Source of the DNA: a virus
Virus genome (UHGV): UHGV-0088025
Length of the DNA: 33,289 bases
Direction: 5' to 3' (one strand)
Shown piece after piece: positions 21,296 to 28,671 of this stretch (positions within the stretch are counted from its first letter, which is position 1; the number at the start of each line of letters is the position of its first letter). The notes under the pieces are model-generated. The model ran no database searches. It was not told the DNA's origin and saw only the letters and a program-made list of their open reading frames with translations. The position numbers and the translations under genes were made by a program.

Positions 21296-21593
21296 AAATT
21301 TCTTTCCTTCGGGTCTCCTGTTCCCGGACTGATGCCTTGTCGCGGTTGCACTGCCCGAGCGCCATCAACAGGTCAGCATTCCAGAGAAGGGATGCTCCCC
21401 ACGTCAGGGGCTGTGGCATGGGCGGAACGGGCGTTGCTTCCGTCAGTTCTGCATCAGTTTCGGGCTGGAGCACCACCGATGGCACGGGTGCGTTTTTCGA
21501 GTTCCCGCAACCTGTCAGCAGCAACGGCAGGCACAGGACGAGTGCTGCAATTGTCACCGGTAATGGCGGTTGTAATTTTTTGTTTTGCATCAT
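21252..21593 (-). CDS. o-spanin (Rz1-like outer-membrane lipoprotein), overlapped architecture
   Basis: Alternate frame of the i-spanin gene. ATG-ATG at 21588-21593; signal peptide with lipobox LLTGC; Pro-rich mature region; extends past the i-spanin stop. Confidence 0.65.
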   Translation of the reverse strand: MMQNKKLQPPLPVTIAALVLCLPLLLTGCGNSKNAPVPSVVLQPETDAELTEATPVPPMPQPLTWGASLLWNADLLMALGQCNRDKASVREQETRRKEIYERRPEPGAGAAAR

Positions 21594-21840
21594 GATGTTC
21601 TGTCTCGTCTGCCAGCCGTGCGGCACGATTTGCGGCACGGATAGCGGAAAATACCTGCATCGTCTGTTCCTGACCGTGTAACAACCATTCAGCAGTGTGG
21701 CGGGCCTGTTGCTCCGTCTGTAATTCACGGCGCAGCGTCTGGTTATCGTGGCGGGTGCTGTCCAGCCTGTGCCACAACACCCCGGACAGAACGGCGGCAA
21801 ACACGGCAGCCAGCAGTAAACTTTTACTGGCGAAGGTCAT
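21454..21840 (-). CDS. i-spanin (Rz-like inner-membrane protein)
   Basis: 128-aa ORF with N-terminal transmembrane helix (SLLLAAVFAAVLSGVLW) and charged helical periplasmic domain; immediately after the endolysin gene. Confidence 0.75.
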   Translation of the reverse strand: MTFASKSLLLAAVFAAVLSGVLWHRLDSTRHDNQTLRRELQTEQQARHTAEWLLHGQEQTMQVFSAIRAANRAARLADETEHHDAKQKITTAITGDNCSTRPVPAVAADRLRELEKRTRAIGGAPARN

Positions 21841-22342
21841 CCGCCCCCCTGATATTCCAGATAGCCATTTCCACTTCGCGACGGTTCATCAGTCCTTTCC
21901 ATTTATGGCCTGCGGCAAACACCCAGCGGGCCATCTGGTCACGCGCTCCGGCGTAATCACCGGCATTGAGTTTTTTCAGCAGCGTTGATTTACTGAATGC
22001 GGTAACACCGGTGTTGAAAATAAACGTTGCCAGCGCCGTTTTCTGATATGGCGTCAGCGGCACCCTGACAAGACGATCGATTGCCGCATAAACCGGTTTT
22101 AAATCACTGTCGAGAAGAGCCATACACTCCGCATGGCTGTAACGGCGCATTTCGATATCCGGCCCGGTATGTCCCACACAGACCGTAAGCACACCGGCAA
22201 TATCGCGGTAAGGCATATAAGCGATATTTTCCAGATGGATCAGAGACTGACGGGTCATTTCCTGATAACCACCCACACCGCCACCGGCAATCGTTGCCGC
22301 CAGCAGTGCGGCTTTCAGTTTTTTTGGTATCCCCGCCATCAT
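21824..22342 (-). CDS. lys: Endolysin Lys (lysozyme-like, probable SAR signal-anchor type)
   Basis: 172-aa ORF; N-terminus MMAGIPKKLKAALLAATIAGGGVGGY is a weakly hydrophobic Gly/Ala-rich SAR-like segment; first gene after C. Confidence 0.9.
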   Translation of the reverse strand: MMAGIPKKLKAALLAATIAGGGVGGYQEMTRQSLIHLENIAYMPYRDIAGVLTVCVGHTGPDIEMRRYSHAECMALLDSDLKPVYAAIDRLVRVPLTPYQKTALATFIFNTGVTAFSKSTLLKKLNAGDYAGARDQMARWVFAAGHKWKGLMNRREVEMAIWNIRGADDLRQ

Positions 22343-22410
22343 GCTTCCCTGAAAAAATGCGCTGATGGCAGTCTAAAAAATCAGATGGCAGGTGCGGGAT
22401 TATGGTGACA
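22343..22410 (-). promoter_or_regulatory. Expected C-dependent late promoter P_lys region
   Basis: Non-coding stretch between the post-C hairpin and the lys start, where Mu has P_lys; candidate -10 TAGACT; C-box not verifiable by eye. Confidence 0.4.
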
Positions 22411-22414
22411 GGAA

Positions 22415-22437
22415 ATAACCGGCAGGATGCCGGTTAT
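22415..22437 (-). terminator. Hairpin at the 3' end of gene C (probable terminator of middle transcript)
   Basis: Perfect 10-bp stem ATAACCGGCA / TGCCGGTTAT with 3-nt loop, overlapping the C stop codon; T-rich tail is weak. Confidence 0.5.
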
Positions 22438-22856
22438 TTTGGGCTTTCAGGTGAGAACAGATCAGGCTGATGACGTCGTGTATGCAGCTTTCTCTGGCGG
22501 GCAATAATCTGGTAGATCTGCGGCTGGGACAGGCGATACTGGCGACGCAGTTCTTCCATGTTACGACCATTGAACTGGCAGTAAAGCAAATCGTCGCGTA
22601 ACGCGGTCAGGATCGTATCGCCGCAGGGGATGTAAAACTGCCGCCCGCCCAGAAAACAGGACAGGGCAACGGCCTGTTTACGGGCAAGCTCACGGGGATT
22701 GCTGACGTTCTGGCGTTTCAGTTCGTTTTCCAGAATATCAATCAGATCAACCACTGAACGGGGCCAGCGTGATTCCAGTTCCGGGGCCGGGATGTTATCA
22801 ATATGCCCGATTAACTGGCGAATTGCCGGATCGTGTTCAAATAAATCATGCTGCAT
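22434..22856 (-). CDS. C: Late transcription activator C (Mor/C family)
   Basis: 140-aa ORF, same size as Mu C; shares the C-terminal pattern with Mor in this window (LGGxQxYIPxG...L...RDxxI...FNGRN..EL...Y). Confidence 0.88.
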   Translation of the reverse strand: MQHDLFEHDPAIRQLIGHIDNIPAPELESRWPRSVVDLIDILENELKRQNVSNPRELARKQAVALSCFLGGRQFYIPCGDTILTALRDDLLYCQFNGRNMEELRRQYRLSQPQIYQIIARQRKLHTRRHQPDLFSPESPK

Positions 22857-22868
22857 ATTTTCCCCCGG

Positions 22869-22988
22869 TTAACAGACAAAAAGATACACCACGGCACTGA
22901 TGGTTATCAGAACCACAAGGGCAATCACTTTTATCGCATTAATCAGCGTGGACGGCCCGAAACATTCATCACTGAATTTTCTGTACAT
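22869..22988 (-). CDS. Possible small membrane protein (~40 aa)
   Basis: Manual ORF MYRKFSDECFGPSTLINAIKVIALVVLITISAVVYLFVC with AAAGGGG upstream; fills the gap between the membrane ORF and C. Below track threshold; speculative. Confidence 0.35.
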   Translation of the reverse strand: MYRKFSDECFGPSTLINAIKVIALVVLITISAVVYLFVC

Positions 22989-22997
22989 GGTGCCCCT

Positions 22998-23360
22998 TTA
23001 CCCGAACAGACGAGCGCGAAAACGAAAGGAGAGCCAGAACGTCAGCAATCCGGCCAGCGCCCAGATGACATACTCAGGACCCGTTTTCAGTTGAGACGTT
23101 GCCATCACGGCTAATCCCAGCCCGGACAGCCCCCCCAGCCAGGTCAGAGGCCAGACGAACCGGGCAAAATGTTCAGGCACCCGGCAGCTCATTATCAGCG
23201 CATCCAGATAATCACCGGCAACACATAAAGCAACACTGAAAACCGAGGCACAGCAAAACATCAGCGCGCGCCAGCCACAAAACAGACTTATCCACAATAA
23301 CAGCGCCAGTAATACCACCGATAAAAAATCAGGCCACTGACGAGCAGAACGCTCAGACAT
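22998..23360 (-). CDS. Multi-pass membrane protein of the middle operon
   Basis: Start placed at ATG 23358-23360 (MSERSARQWPDF...) with GGGAGAA upstream; 3-4 hydrophobic helices. Confidence 0.6.
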   Translation of the reverse strand: MSERSARQWPDFLSVVLLALLLWISLFCGWRALMFCCASVFSVALCVAGDYLDALIMSCRVPEHFARFVWPLTWLGGLSGLGLAVMATSQLKTGPEYVIWALAGLLTFWLSFRFRARLFG

Positions 23361-23571
23361 AATGTTTCTCCCTGTAAAGCAGGCAATGATGAAGAATTTC
23401 CGGCATATCAACTGACTGCCAGCCTTTCATGTAATAACTGCCGTGGGTGCCATCATGACCGGTATAGTCGCGGGGCGCAGGACGTGGCCCACCGGCGACA
23501 CGGCGCAAAACCTCCTGACGCAGCCGCTCACGTCTGCCAAGATGAAAGGATGCATTCCAGCCTTTACCCAT
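23353..23571 (-). CDS. Hypothetical protein, first ORF downstream of mor
   Basis: 72-aa ORF; 8-nt overlap with the following membrane ORF; weak composition evidence. Confidence 0.45.
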   Translation of the reverse strand: MGKGWNASFHLGRRERLRQEVLRRVAGGPRPAPRDYTGHDGTHGSYYMKGWQSVDMPEILHHCLLYREKHYV

Positions 23572-23622
23572 GATGATTTTCCCCGGTACGGTTATTCATC
23601 ACAGGATATTGAGGACGTAAAA

Positions 23623-23643
23623 AAAGCCGGATTAACCGGCTTT
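23623..23643 (-). terminator. Rho-independent terminator immediately downstream of mor (matches Mu early-transcript terminator t9.2)
   Basis: AAAGCCGG-TTAAT-CCGGCTTT followed by a T-run (7 T in total on the transcribed strand); ~9.29 kb from the phage left end. Confidence 0.7.
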
Positions 23644-23648
23644 ACTGT

Positions 23649-24038
23649 TTACAGAAGTGAGGGCTGGTACTGGCGGTATTTCAGCCGTCGCATCCGGCGA
23701 ATGGCCTTGTAAACCGTATTGAAAGTGACACCATAACGGGTGGTCAGTTCGCTGACGTTGCGACCGTTAAAATCATTCCAGATACGCAAATCCCGAATCA
23801 GCGAGTCCAGAACCTGACCGCGTGGAATGTAGACCTGACCGCCGCCCAGATGCTTACAGATAGCCACAACAATCTCCAGTGAATGGGCAGGATCAACACC
23901 CAGCCGGGACAATTCCCCGCGTAGTAAATCGTTCAGCTCCGCCAGCAGTGCCGGAAAGCGTGACGTATCCTCTGCGGGATTGTCAAGATGTGCCAGGATG
24001 GTGTCATCCTGCAAATCACCAAATAAATCTTCCGTCAT
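23649..24038 (-). CDS. mor: Middle operon regulator Mor
   Basis: 129-aa ORF, same size as Mu Mor; paralogous to C in this window. Confidence 0.88.
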   Translation of the reverse strand: MTEDLFGDLQDDTILAHLDNPAEDTSRFPALLAELNDLLRGELSRLGVDPAHSLEIVVAICKHLGGGQVYIPRGQVLDSLIRDLRIWNDFNGRNVSELTTRYGVTFNTVYKAIRRMRRLKYRQYQPSLL

Positions 24039-24586
24039 TGTGCCATCCTCCGCGTCTTTCTGGCATGGGCATAAGCCGCCGTCATGGCATCATAGCCGCG
24101 CAGTTCACGACCGGACGGACTGACCGGCAATGGAAGCCCGTGACGGGAAAAGGCTTCACGAATACAGCGGATGTGCCACTGCTTGAGTGTTTCGAGGACT
24201 GTCAGCAGCGTGTCGCCATGACACCACGCCAGTGTGGAAACGCCCTGTCCGCCGTTGCGTTTCGCGGTCAGGCGCTGAACATATTTATCCAGCGCCACAT
24301 CACCGCCATCGGTAATAAAACCGTCTTCTGCCATCTGCTGCCAGACTTTGTACACCTTCTCGCGGGGCGTGACATGTTCCTTAAAGCGGCGACGTGGATG
24401 TTTATTCAGCTTCTTAAAGCCGCGTTCTTTCATTGCATCGAGCGTCTGTTCCAGTTGCGTAACCGTCAGCTCGCGGCAACTGGTTTTGCCCGTTTTCTGC
24501 ATCAGAAAGGCGCGGTAAGTGTCATCGTCGAGTTGTAGCTCCCGACGGGCGACATGGATTAATTTAATAAGCGATGTGCGATTCAT
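24035..24586 (-). CDS. gemA: GemA-like early protein
   Basis: Track ORF extends to 24754; start placed at ATG 24584-24586 (MNRTSLIKLIHVARR...) with GAGGTGA upstream, giving 183 aa as in Mu GemA; 4-nt overlap with mor. Confidence 0.8.
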   Translation of the reverse strand: MNRTSLIKLIHVARRELQLDDDTYRAFLMQKTGKTSCRELTVTQLEQTLDAMKERGFKKLNKHPRRRFKEHVTPREKVYKVWQQMAEDGFITDGGDVALDKYVQRLTAKRNGGQGVSTLAWCHGDTLLTVLETLKQWHIRCIREAFSRHGLPLPVSPSGRELRGYDAMTAAYAHARKTRRMAQ

Positions 24587-24616
24587 TTGCTCACCTCTCA
24601 TATTAAGGAATGAGAT

Positions 24617-25033
24617 ATGAAAATTGATTATGACGAGATAGCCAGAATATTTGATGTTTTTCTGGAGGCCGACACCGCATTCATTCGACTGGAAGATGTC
24701 GGCTGGGAGCGTTCTCAGCGGCACAGCGACAGCCATCAGAAGCTGGTTTTCCATCTTCTGTTGCTGGTTGAAAATGGTTTTATCAGCAACAGATATCTGG
24801 AAACAGGCACCGCAAAAAGCATTGGTCTCACCCCAACAAGCCTCGGATATTCATATTCAGGCACCAGTGTCAGACTTACACAAGATGGTCATGATTTTGC
24901 GAAAGCACTACATCAAAAACCCATTCTTGAGCGCATAAAACAGGACCTTGCCGACGCCCCGATGACGCTCGTAACAGACGTCGGCAAACAGTGGTTAACC
25001 TCGTTTCTTAAAAAGAAACTCGGGATTGAATAG
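24617..25033 (+). CDS. Hypothetical protein encoded antisense to the early operon (candidate moron)
   Basis: 138-aa ORF, the only long ORF in a ~400-bp stretch lacking a - strand gene; AAGGA 8 nt upstream of ATG; divergent from gemA (starts 31 bp apart); lower GC at its 5' end. Confidence 0.55.
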   Translation: MKIDYDEIARIFDVFLEADTAFIRLEDVGWERSQRHSDSHQKLVFHLLLLVENGFISNRYLETGTAKSIGLTPTSLGYSYSGTSVRLTQDGHDFAKALHQKPILERIKQDLADAPMTLVTDVGKQWLTSFLKKKLGIE

Positions 25034-25306
25034 TTCCCGGTTCATACGTTGCAGCACATCAAGGGCGGCGACAGCCGCCACTTTATCGTTACCATCAGCA
25101 ATAGTGCGGAGATTTTCAATAATCCAGTGAGGACTCAGTGACTCAGCAATAATGCCAAACCGGTACGCCATGACTTCATCAATAGCTTTTTCATGAGACG
25201 GCTCATATACAAAATTCACAAAGTCATGCACTTCTTTTTTCGGCAAACCACCGGCAATCAGCAGGGCGGCAAGCTCTTCTGATTTTGAAAATACACCATT
25301 ATTCAT
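24995..25306 (-). CDS. Hypothetical early protein
   Basis: Start placed at ATG 25304-25306 (MNNGVFSK...) with AAGGTGAG upstream, coupled to the upstream stop. Confidence 0.6.
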   Translation of the reverse strand: MNNGVFSKSEELAALLIAGGLPKKEVHDFVNFVYEPSHEKAIDEVMAYRFGIIAESLSPHWIIENLRTIADGNDKVAAVAALDVLQRMNRELFNPEFLFKKRG

Positions 25307-25307
25307 A

Positions 25308-26003
25308 TCACTCACCTTCACAATTCATGCACGCCGTGTCATCGCCCATATCGCAGTGGTTGCATTTCTGCCCACCACAATGAGGGCACTCTTTCAGATA
25401 TTCAGGGTTTTCATTACCGCAGGTCGGGCATTCCTGTTTCACCGTGGTGAATGTCCCCAGCCACGAATACGAATTTTCACCGACTGTCTTTTTCCCCGTT
25501 ATTTCTGAATCAGAACTAATACAGTGTTTTTCAACCCATGCCACACGTGCTGAATTCAGGTGGCATCTGGCCAATTTGCTTTCGTTTCTGTAATGTTTGC
25601 TGTCCCGGTTAAATGGCAATTTCTCATTCAGCCCTGCTGAGATAAAGTCCGCATGTAATTGTTCTAATGCGGCTTCACTGTCTGCACCGGTTGATTCAAA
25701 ATAATCGTAAGCATTGGCACATAATCCGGCAGCCCGGGTAAATACATCATCGCCCGTCTCCATTGCCCCATTCTTTAACCATCGGTTGTAGGCTGTATAA
25801 AAACTATAAAGTTGCTTTCTGATACAGGTAGTGGCAGTTCCGCCATTAACTGACGCTGGCGTAACATAGCCAGCTCTGCATAAAGCAGAACGAAGTATAT
25901 CCAGAACCTGCCAGGCATCTTCTCCTTCAATCACGCTACAGTTTTTGTACACCAGGACGTCCCGGCCACAACTTTTATCAATACCCCAGTCTTCAAATTT
26001 CAC
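25308..26003 (-). CDS. Early protein with C-terminal Cys-rich zinc-ribbon cluster
   Basis: Probable GTG start at 26001-26003 with GGAGG upstream; C-terminus CPTCG...CPHCG...CNHC...CMNC. Confidence 0.65.
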   Translation of the reverse strand: MKFEDWGIDKSCGRDVLVYKNCSVIEGEDAWQVLDILRSALCRAGYVTPASVNGGTATTCIRKQLYSFYTAYNRWLKNGAMETGDDVFTRAAGLCANAYDYFESTGADSEAALEQLHADFISAGLNEKLPFNRDSKHYRNESKLARCHLNSARVAWVEKHCISSDSEITGKKTVGENSYSWLGTFTTVKQECPTCGNENPEYLKECPHCGGQKCNHCDMGDDTACMNCEGE

Positions 26004-26532
26004 AACCAGCCTCCTGCACCACACCCGGTGCTGATGAAAAATCAATGATGAGATAACGCAGTACATGGTCGGTGATATTCCAGGCGCTGGAACTGCAAAT
26101 AAACCGCCCCAGCCGGATATCGATATAAGCCATCACAAAACGGGGCATTCCCTGTTTGCACATCTCGTCATCCACTTCTGCAACGATGTGAACGGACTCA
26201 CAGGTCAGTACGCCTGTCGCAAACTCTTTTGCCAGTGCGGGGATGGTATTACCTTCCACCCAGGGTAATGAGCGACGCCAGTTGCACCACACCGCATCAT
26301 CAACAGCAGGCTGCTCAGTTGCGTTTCGTCTTACCGGCGGCGTCTGACGCGGGCGCGGAACGTCATAAAATCCGTTGCATTCGGTGAGCACTCCGGCATC
26401 AACCGCATCACGCAGGAAATACACCATTGCGGAGGGTGGCATCTGCATTTTTTCAGCCAGAACCCCGCAGGTCAGGCGTCCGTAAGCCCGTAATAATGTG
26501 CTGACACCATTCAGAATTTTTGCATCAACCAT
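25993..26532 (-). CDS. Hypothetical early protein, possible winged-helix N-terminus
   Basis: 179-aa ORF, GAGGAA 7 nt upstream of ATG 26530-26532; immediately downstream of gam. Confidence 0.65.
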   Translation of the reverse strand: MVDAKILNGVSTLLRAYGRLTCGVLAEKMQMPPSAMVYFLRDAVDAGVLTECNGFYDVPRPRQTPPVRRNATEQPAVDDAVWCNWRRSLPWVEGNTIPALAKEFATGVLTCESVHIVAEVDDEMCKQGMPRFVMAYIDIRLGRFICSSSAWNITDHVLRYLIIDFSSAPGVVQEAGCEI

Positions 26533-26630
26533 GTTTTATTCCTCAGTAATCTGTTTCAGGCGCGAGCAATCCCCTGACGCATCGCGCCATAATTAAAAGA
26601 ATGTGAATTAATTAAATATTAATGGTGGTA

Positions 26631-27155
26631 TTAAATACCGGCTTCCTGTTCAAACGGAATAATGGAAAAATCTTCAATTCCCGATTTAACCGTAATTCCG
26701 GCAACACCTGCGACGGCTTTTGGTTCCAGTAAAATCGCCTCCTTGTTGATTTCCTGCTTCGTGCGAATAAAGCGTTGCAGGCCAAGACGCTCCAGCGTTT
26801 CCATCACTGCATCCATACCACGAATACTTACTGATGGTGGACGGACCCGCCACGATACATCACCGGTGACAAGATTCGCCGTCTTCACTTTGCCGCCGTT
26901 CGTCAGTTCGTCGCGGTTCGCTTCACACCATCCCTGAACGCCTTTTGAAAGGGTTTCAATATCGGTTTTAATCGGTGCAATCCGGGCCGCAAATTTCTCC
27001 GTAATTTCCGCGATGGCATCATTCATTTCCGTTTCCAGACGTGATGCTTCGCGCTGTAAATCCCCGATGCGTTTAATATCGGTAATCACCGCATCGCGGT
27101 TTTGTGGCACATAAGCCGCTGCGGCACTCTTGATACGTTTTGCTGGTTTAGCCAT
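26631..27155 (-). CDS. gam: Host-nuclease inhibitor Gam (Ku-like DNA end-binding protein)
   Basis: 174-aa ORF MAKPAKRIKSAAAAYVPQNRDAVITDIKRIGDLQREASRLETEMN...; matches Mu Gam in length and sequence as recalled. Confidence 0.92.
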   Translation of the reverse strand: MAKPAKRIKSAAAAYVPQNRDAVITDIKRIGDLQREASRLETEMNDAIAEITEKFAARIAPIKTDIETLSKGVQGWCEANRDELTNGGKVKTANLVTGDVSWRVRPPSVSIRGMDAVMETLERLGLQRFIRTKQEINKEAILLEPKAVAGVAGITVKSGIEDFSIIPFEQEAGI

Positions 27156-27174
27156 AAATTAAAGCTCCTGTTAA

Positions 27175-27474
27175 TTAATATCCGCTGTATACAATGCTGG
27201 ATACAGCTCGATTGCTTAATTCCATCTTTCGGGCAATGACATGAATATCCAGCCCTTCTTTATAAAGTTCACGACATAAATATTTGTCGTGTTCACTGAT
27301 TCGGTATACACACAATGATATTCCGTGCCTTCTGGCATGTGCCCGGAGGGCGGTTGTGGCGACTTTCAGTTTTTCCGCCATTTCTTCAACGGTCATTTTC
27401 CCGACGTTGGCTTCGATAAATTCCCGGTCTTCGCGTGACCAGCGCTTACGATTACACTTCATGTCAGCCACCAT
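27175..27474 (-). CDS. Small early protein with putative helix-turn-helix
   Basis: 99-aa ORF; MTVEEMAEKLKVATTALRAHARRHGISL resembles an HTH; basic. Confidence 0.65.
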   Translation of the reverse strand: MVADMKCNRKRWSREDREFIEANVGKMTVEEMAEKLKVATTALRAHARRHGISLCVYRISEHDKYLCRELYKEGLDIHVIARKMELSNRAVSSIVYSGY

Positions 27475-27894
27475 TCAGTACAGCAGAGGCTCGCGCAGTG
27501 ATGCCGGAATATGCCGCAGCGATAACTGAACCGCTTTCAGGGCAAGCGAGGAATAACAGCAGCGCGCCCAGCCTTTTGCCATTAACCGGTAATCGCGCCA
27601 GATACGCTGCCACATTTCACGGGCCTCAGGGTCTGATGCGCAGATGTATTCCCGGTCCATGACGTACTCCCATAAATCCACGTTGAACGCACCGCCAAAT
27701 GCAATGGCGCGGGATATGCTTTCGCCGCAATAACGCGCACAAATGCTGTAATGGTCGAAAGCAATCAGGTAAGTCTTTTCACCACAATCATCAACTTTCC
27801 GGGCGCAAATAAACTCGCGTAATTCACCACCGTTGTTATTGCGTTCCTGAATTCGGATTAATGCCTGAATTTCATTTCGGATTTTGACGTTCAT
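27475..27894 (-). CDS. Hypothetical early protein (Cys-containing)
   Basis: 139-aa ORF in a tightly packed co-oriented gene string. Confidence 0.6.
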   Translation of the reverse strand: MNVKIRNEIQALIRIQERNNNGGELREFICARKVDDCGEKTYLIAFDHYSICARYCGESISRAIAFGGAFNVDLWEYVMDREYICASDPEAREMWQRIWRDYRLMAKGWARCCYSSLALKAVQLSLRHIPASLREPLLY

Positions 27895-27914
27895 TGTCAG
27901 CGTTCCTTTGCGAA

Positions 27915-28184
27915 TTAATGTCTGGCTGTATTCGGGTTATAGCTGAATAATTCCCCCTCGGCTTCCAGCCCAAGCTCCCTGGCTGATTTCAACAACTCCT
28001 CGGTCGCTTTTTTAATGATTTCAGGAGCCATGCTCTTGATGATGCCTGCCATTACATCATGTGGCCCGGTCTGGTCCTCAGGTGAGGATTCTTCCAGTCG
28101 CACATTCATATTTACGGCAAAACCTCCATTTTCCTGAAACTCAATATTTCTTGTATTGTTAAATTCAAAGATTACTTTTGCCAT
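27915..28184 (-). CDS. Hypothetical acidic early protein
   Basis: 89-aa ORF with AAGGAG upstream of ATG 28182-28184. Confidence 0.6.
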   Translation of the reverse strand: MAKVIFEFNNTRNIEFQENGGFAVNMNVRLEESSPEDQTGPHDVMAGIIKSMAPEIIKKATEELLKSARELGLEAEGELFSYNPNTARH

Positions 28185-28204
28185 TTTTCTTCTCCTTATT
28201 GATT

Positions 28205-28426
28205 CTAAATAACTGCGCTGGCTTTTACCTTCGCGCCTTTTACCTGCTTAAAGAAAACTGCGCTGCACCACGGACAACATGTCAGGGAATCCCAAATTTC
28301 CTTTTCGTGTGAGCATTGCGTCATAATCTGTTCACCGCATCCGGGGCATTTATATGTCGTCAGCGGCACCCCGTGGCACTGACAGTGTTTAACCCATTCA
28401 ATATATTTTTCAGCTTTAATACACAT
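28205..28426 (-). CDS. Small Cys-rich (zinc-ribbon-like) early protein
   Basis: Start moved to internal ATG (MCIKAEKYIEW...) with GGAG 7 nt upstream; CQCHG...CPGCG...CSHE...CCPWC motifs. Confidence 0.55.
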   Translation of the reverse strand: MCIKAEKYIEWVKHCQCHGVPLTTYKCPGCGEQIMTQCSHEKEIWDSLTCCPWCSAVFFKQVKGAKVKASAVI

Positions 28427-28428
28427 CG

Positions 28429-28656
28429 TTATCTCCAGATAATCTGACAACCATTAAGACGGGCCGTCCATACAGAACGGGCCACCCCGGACTTATGCTC
28501 CATAATCCTGACCGCGTTTTTTACCAGTTCCACCGGTGGGTAAGTGATTTCAAGAATCGGACGCGCCACGCCGAGATATGATTCATTTACATGACTCCCG
28601 CGCGCCTGTAACCAGTTCTGCGCATCCGTTGCCATTTTTATATTTCGGGCCATCAT
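28429..28656 (-). CDS. Small early protein, first gene after B (position of Mu kil)
   Basis: 75-aa ORF with GGAG upstream; identity assigned by position only. Confidence 0.5.
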
Positions 28657-28671
28657 AATTTCTTCTCCTTC

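Noticed and set aside
24587-24754. N-terminal extension of gemA in the track ORF (239 aa)
   Set aside because: The extension begins at a non-ATG start and overlaps the + strand ORF; an internal ATG with a strong ribosome-binding site gives the 183-aa size expected for GemA.
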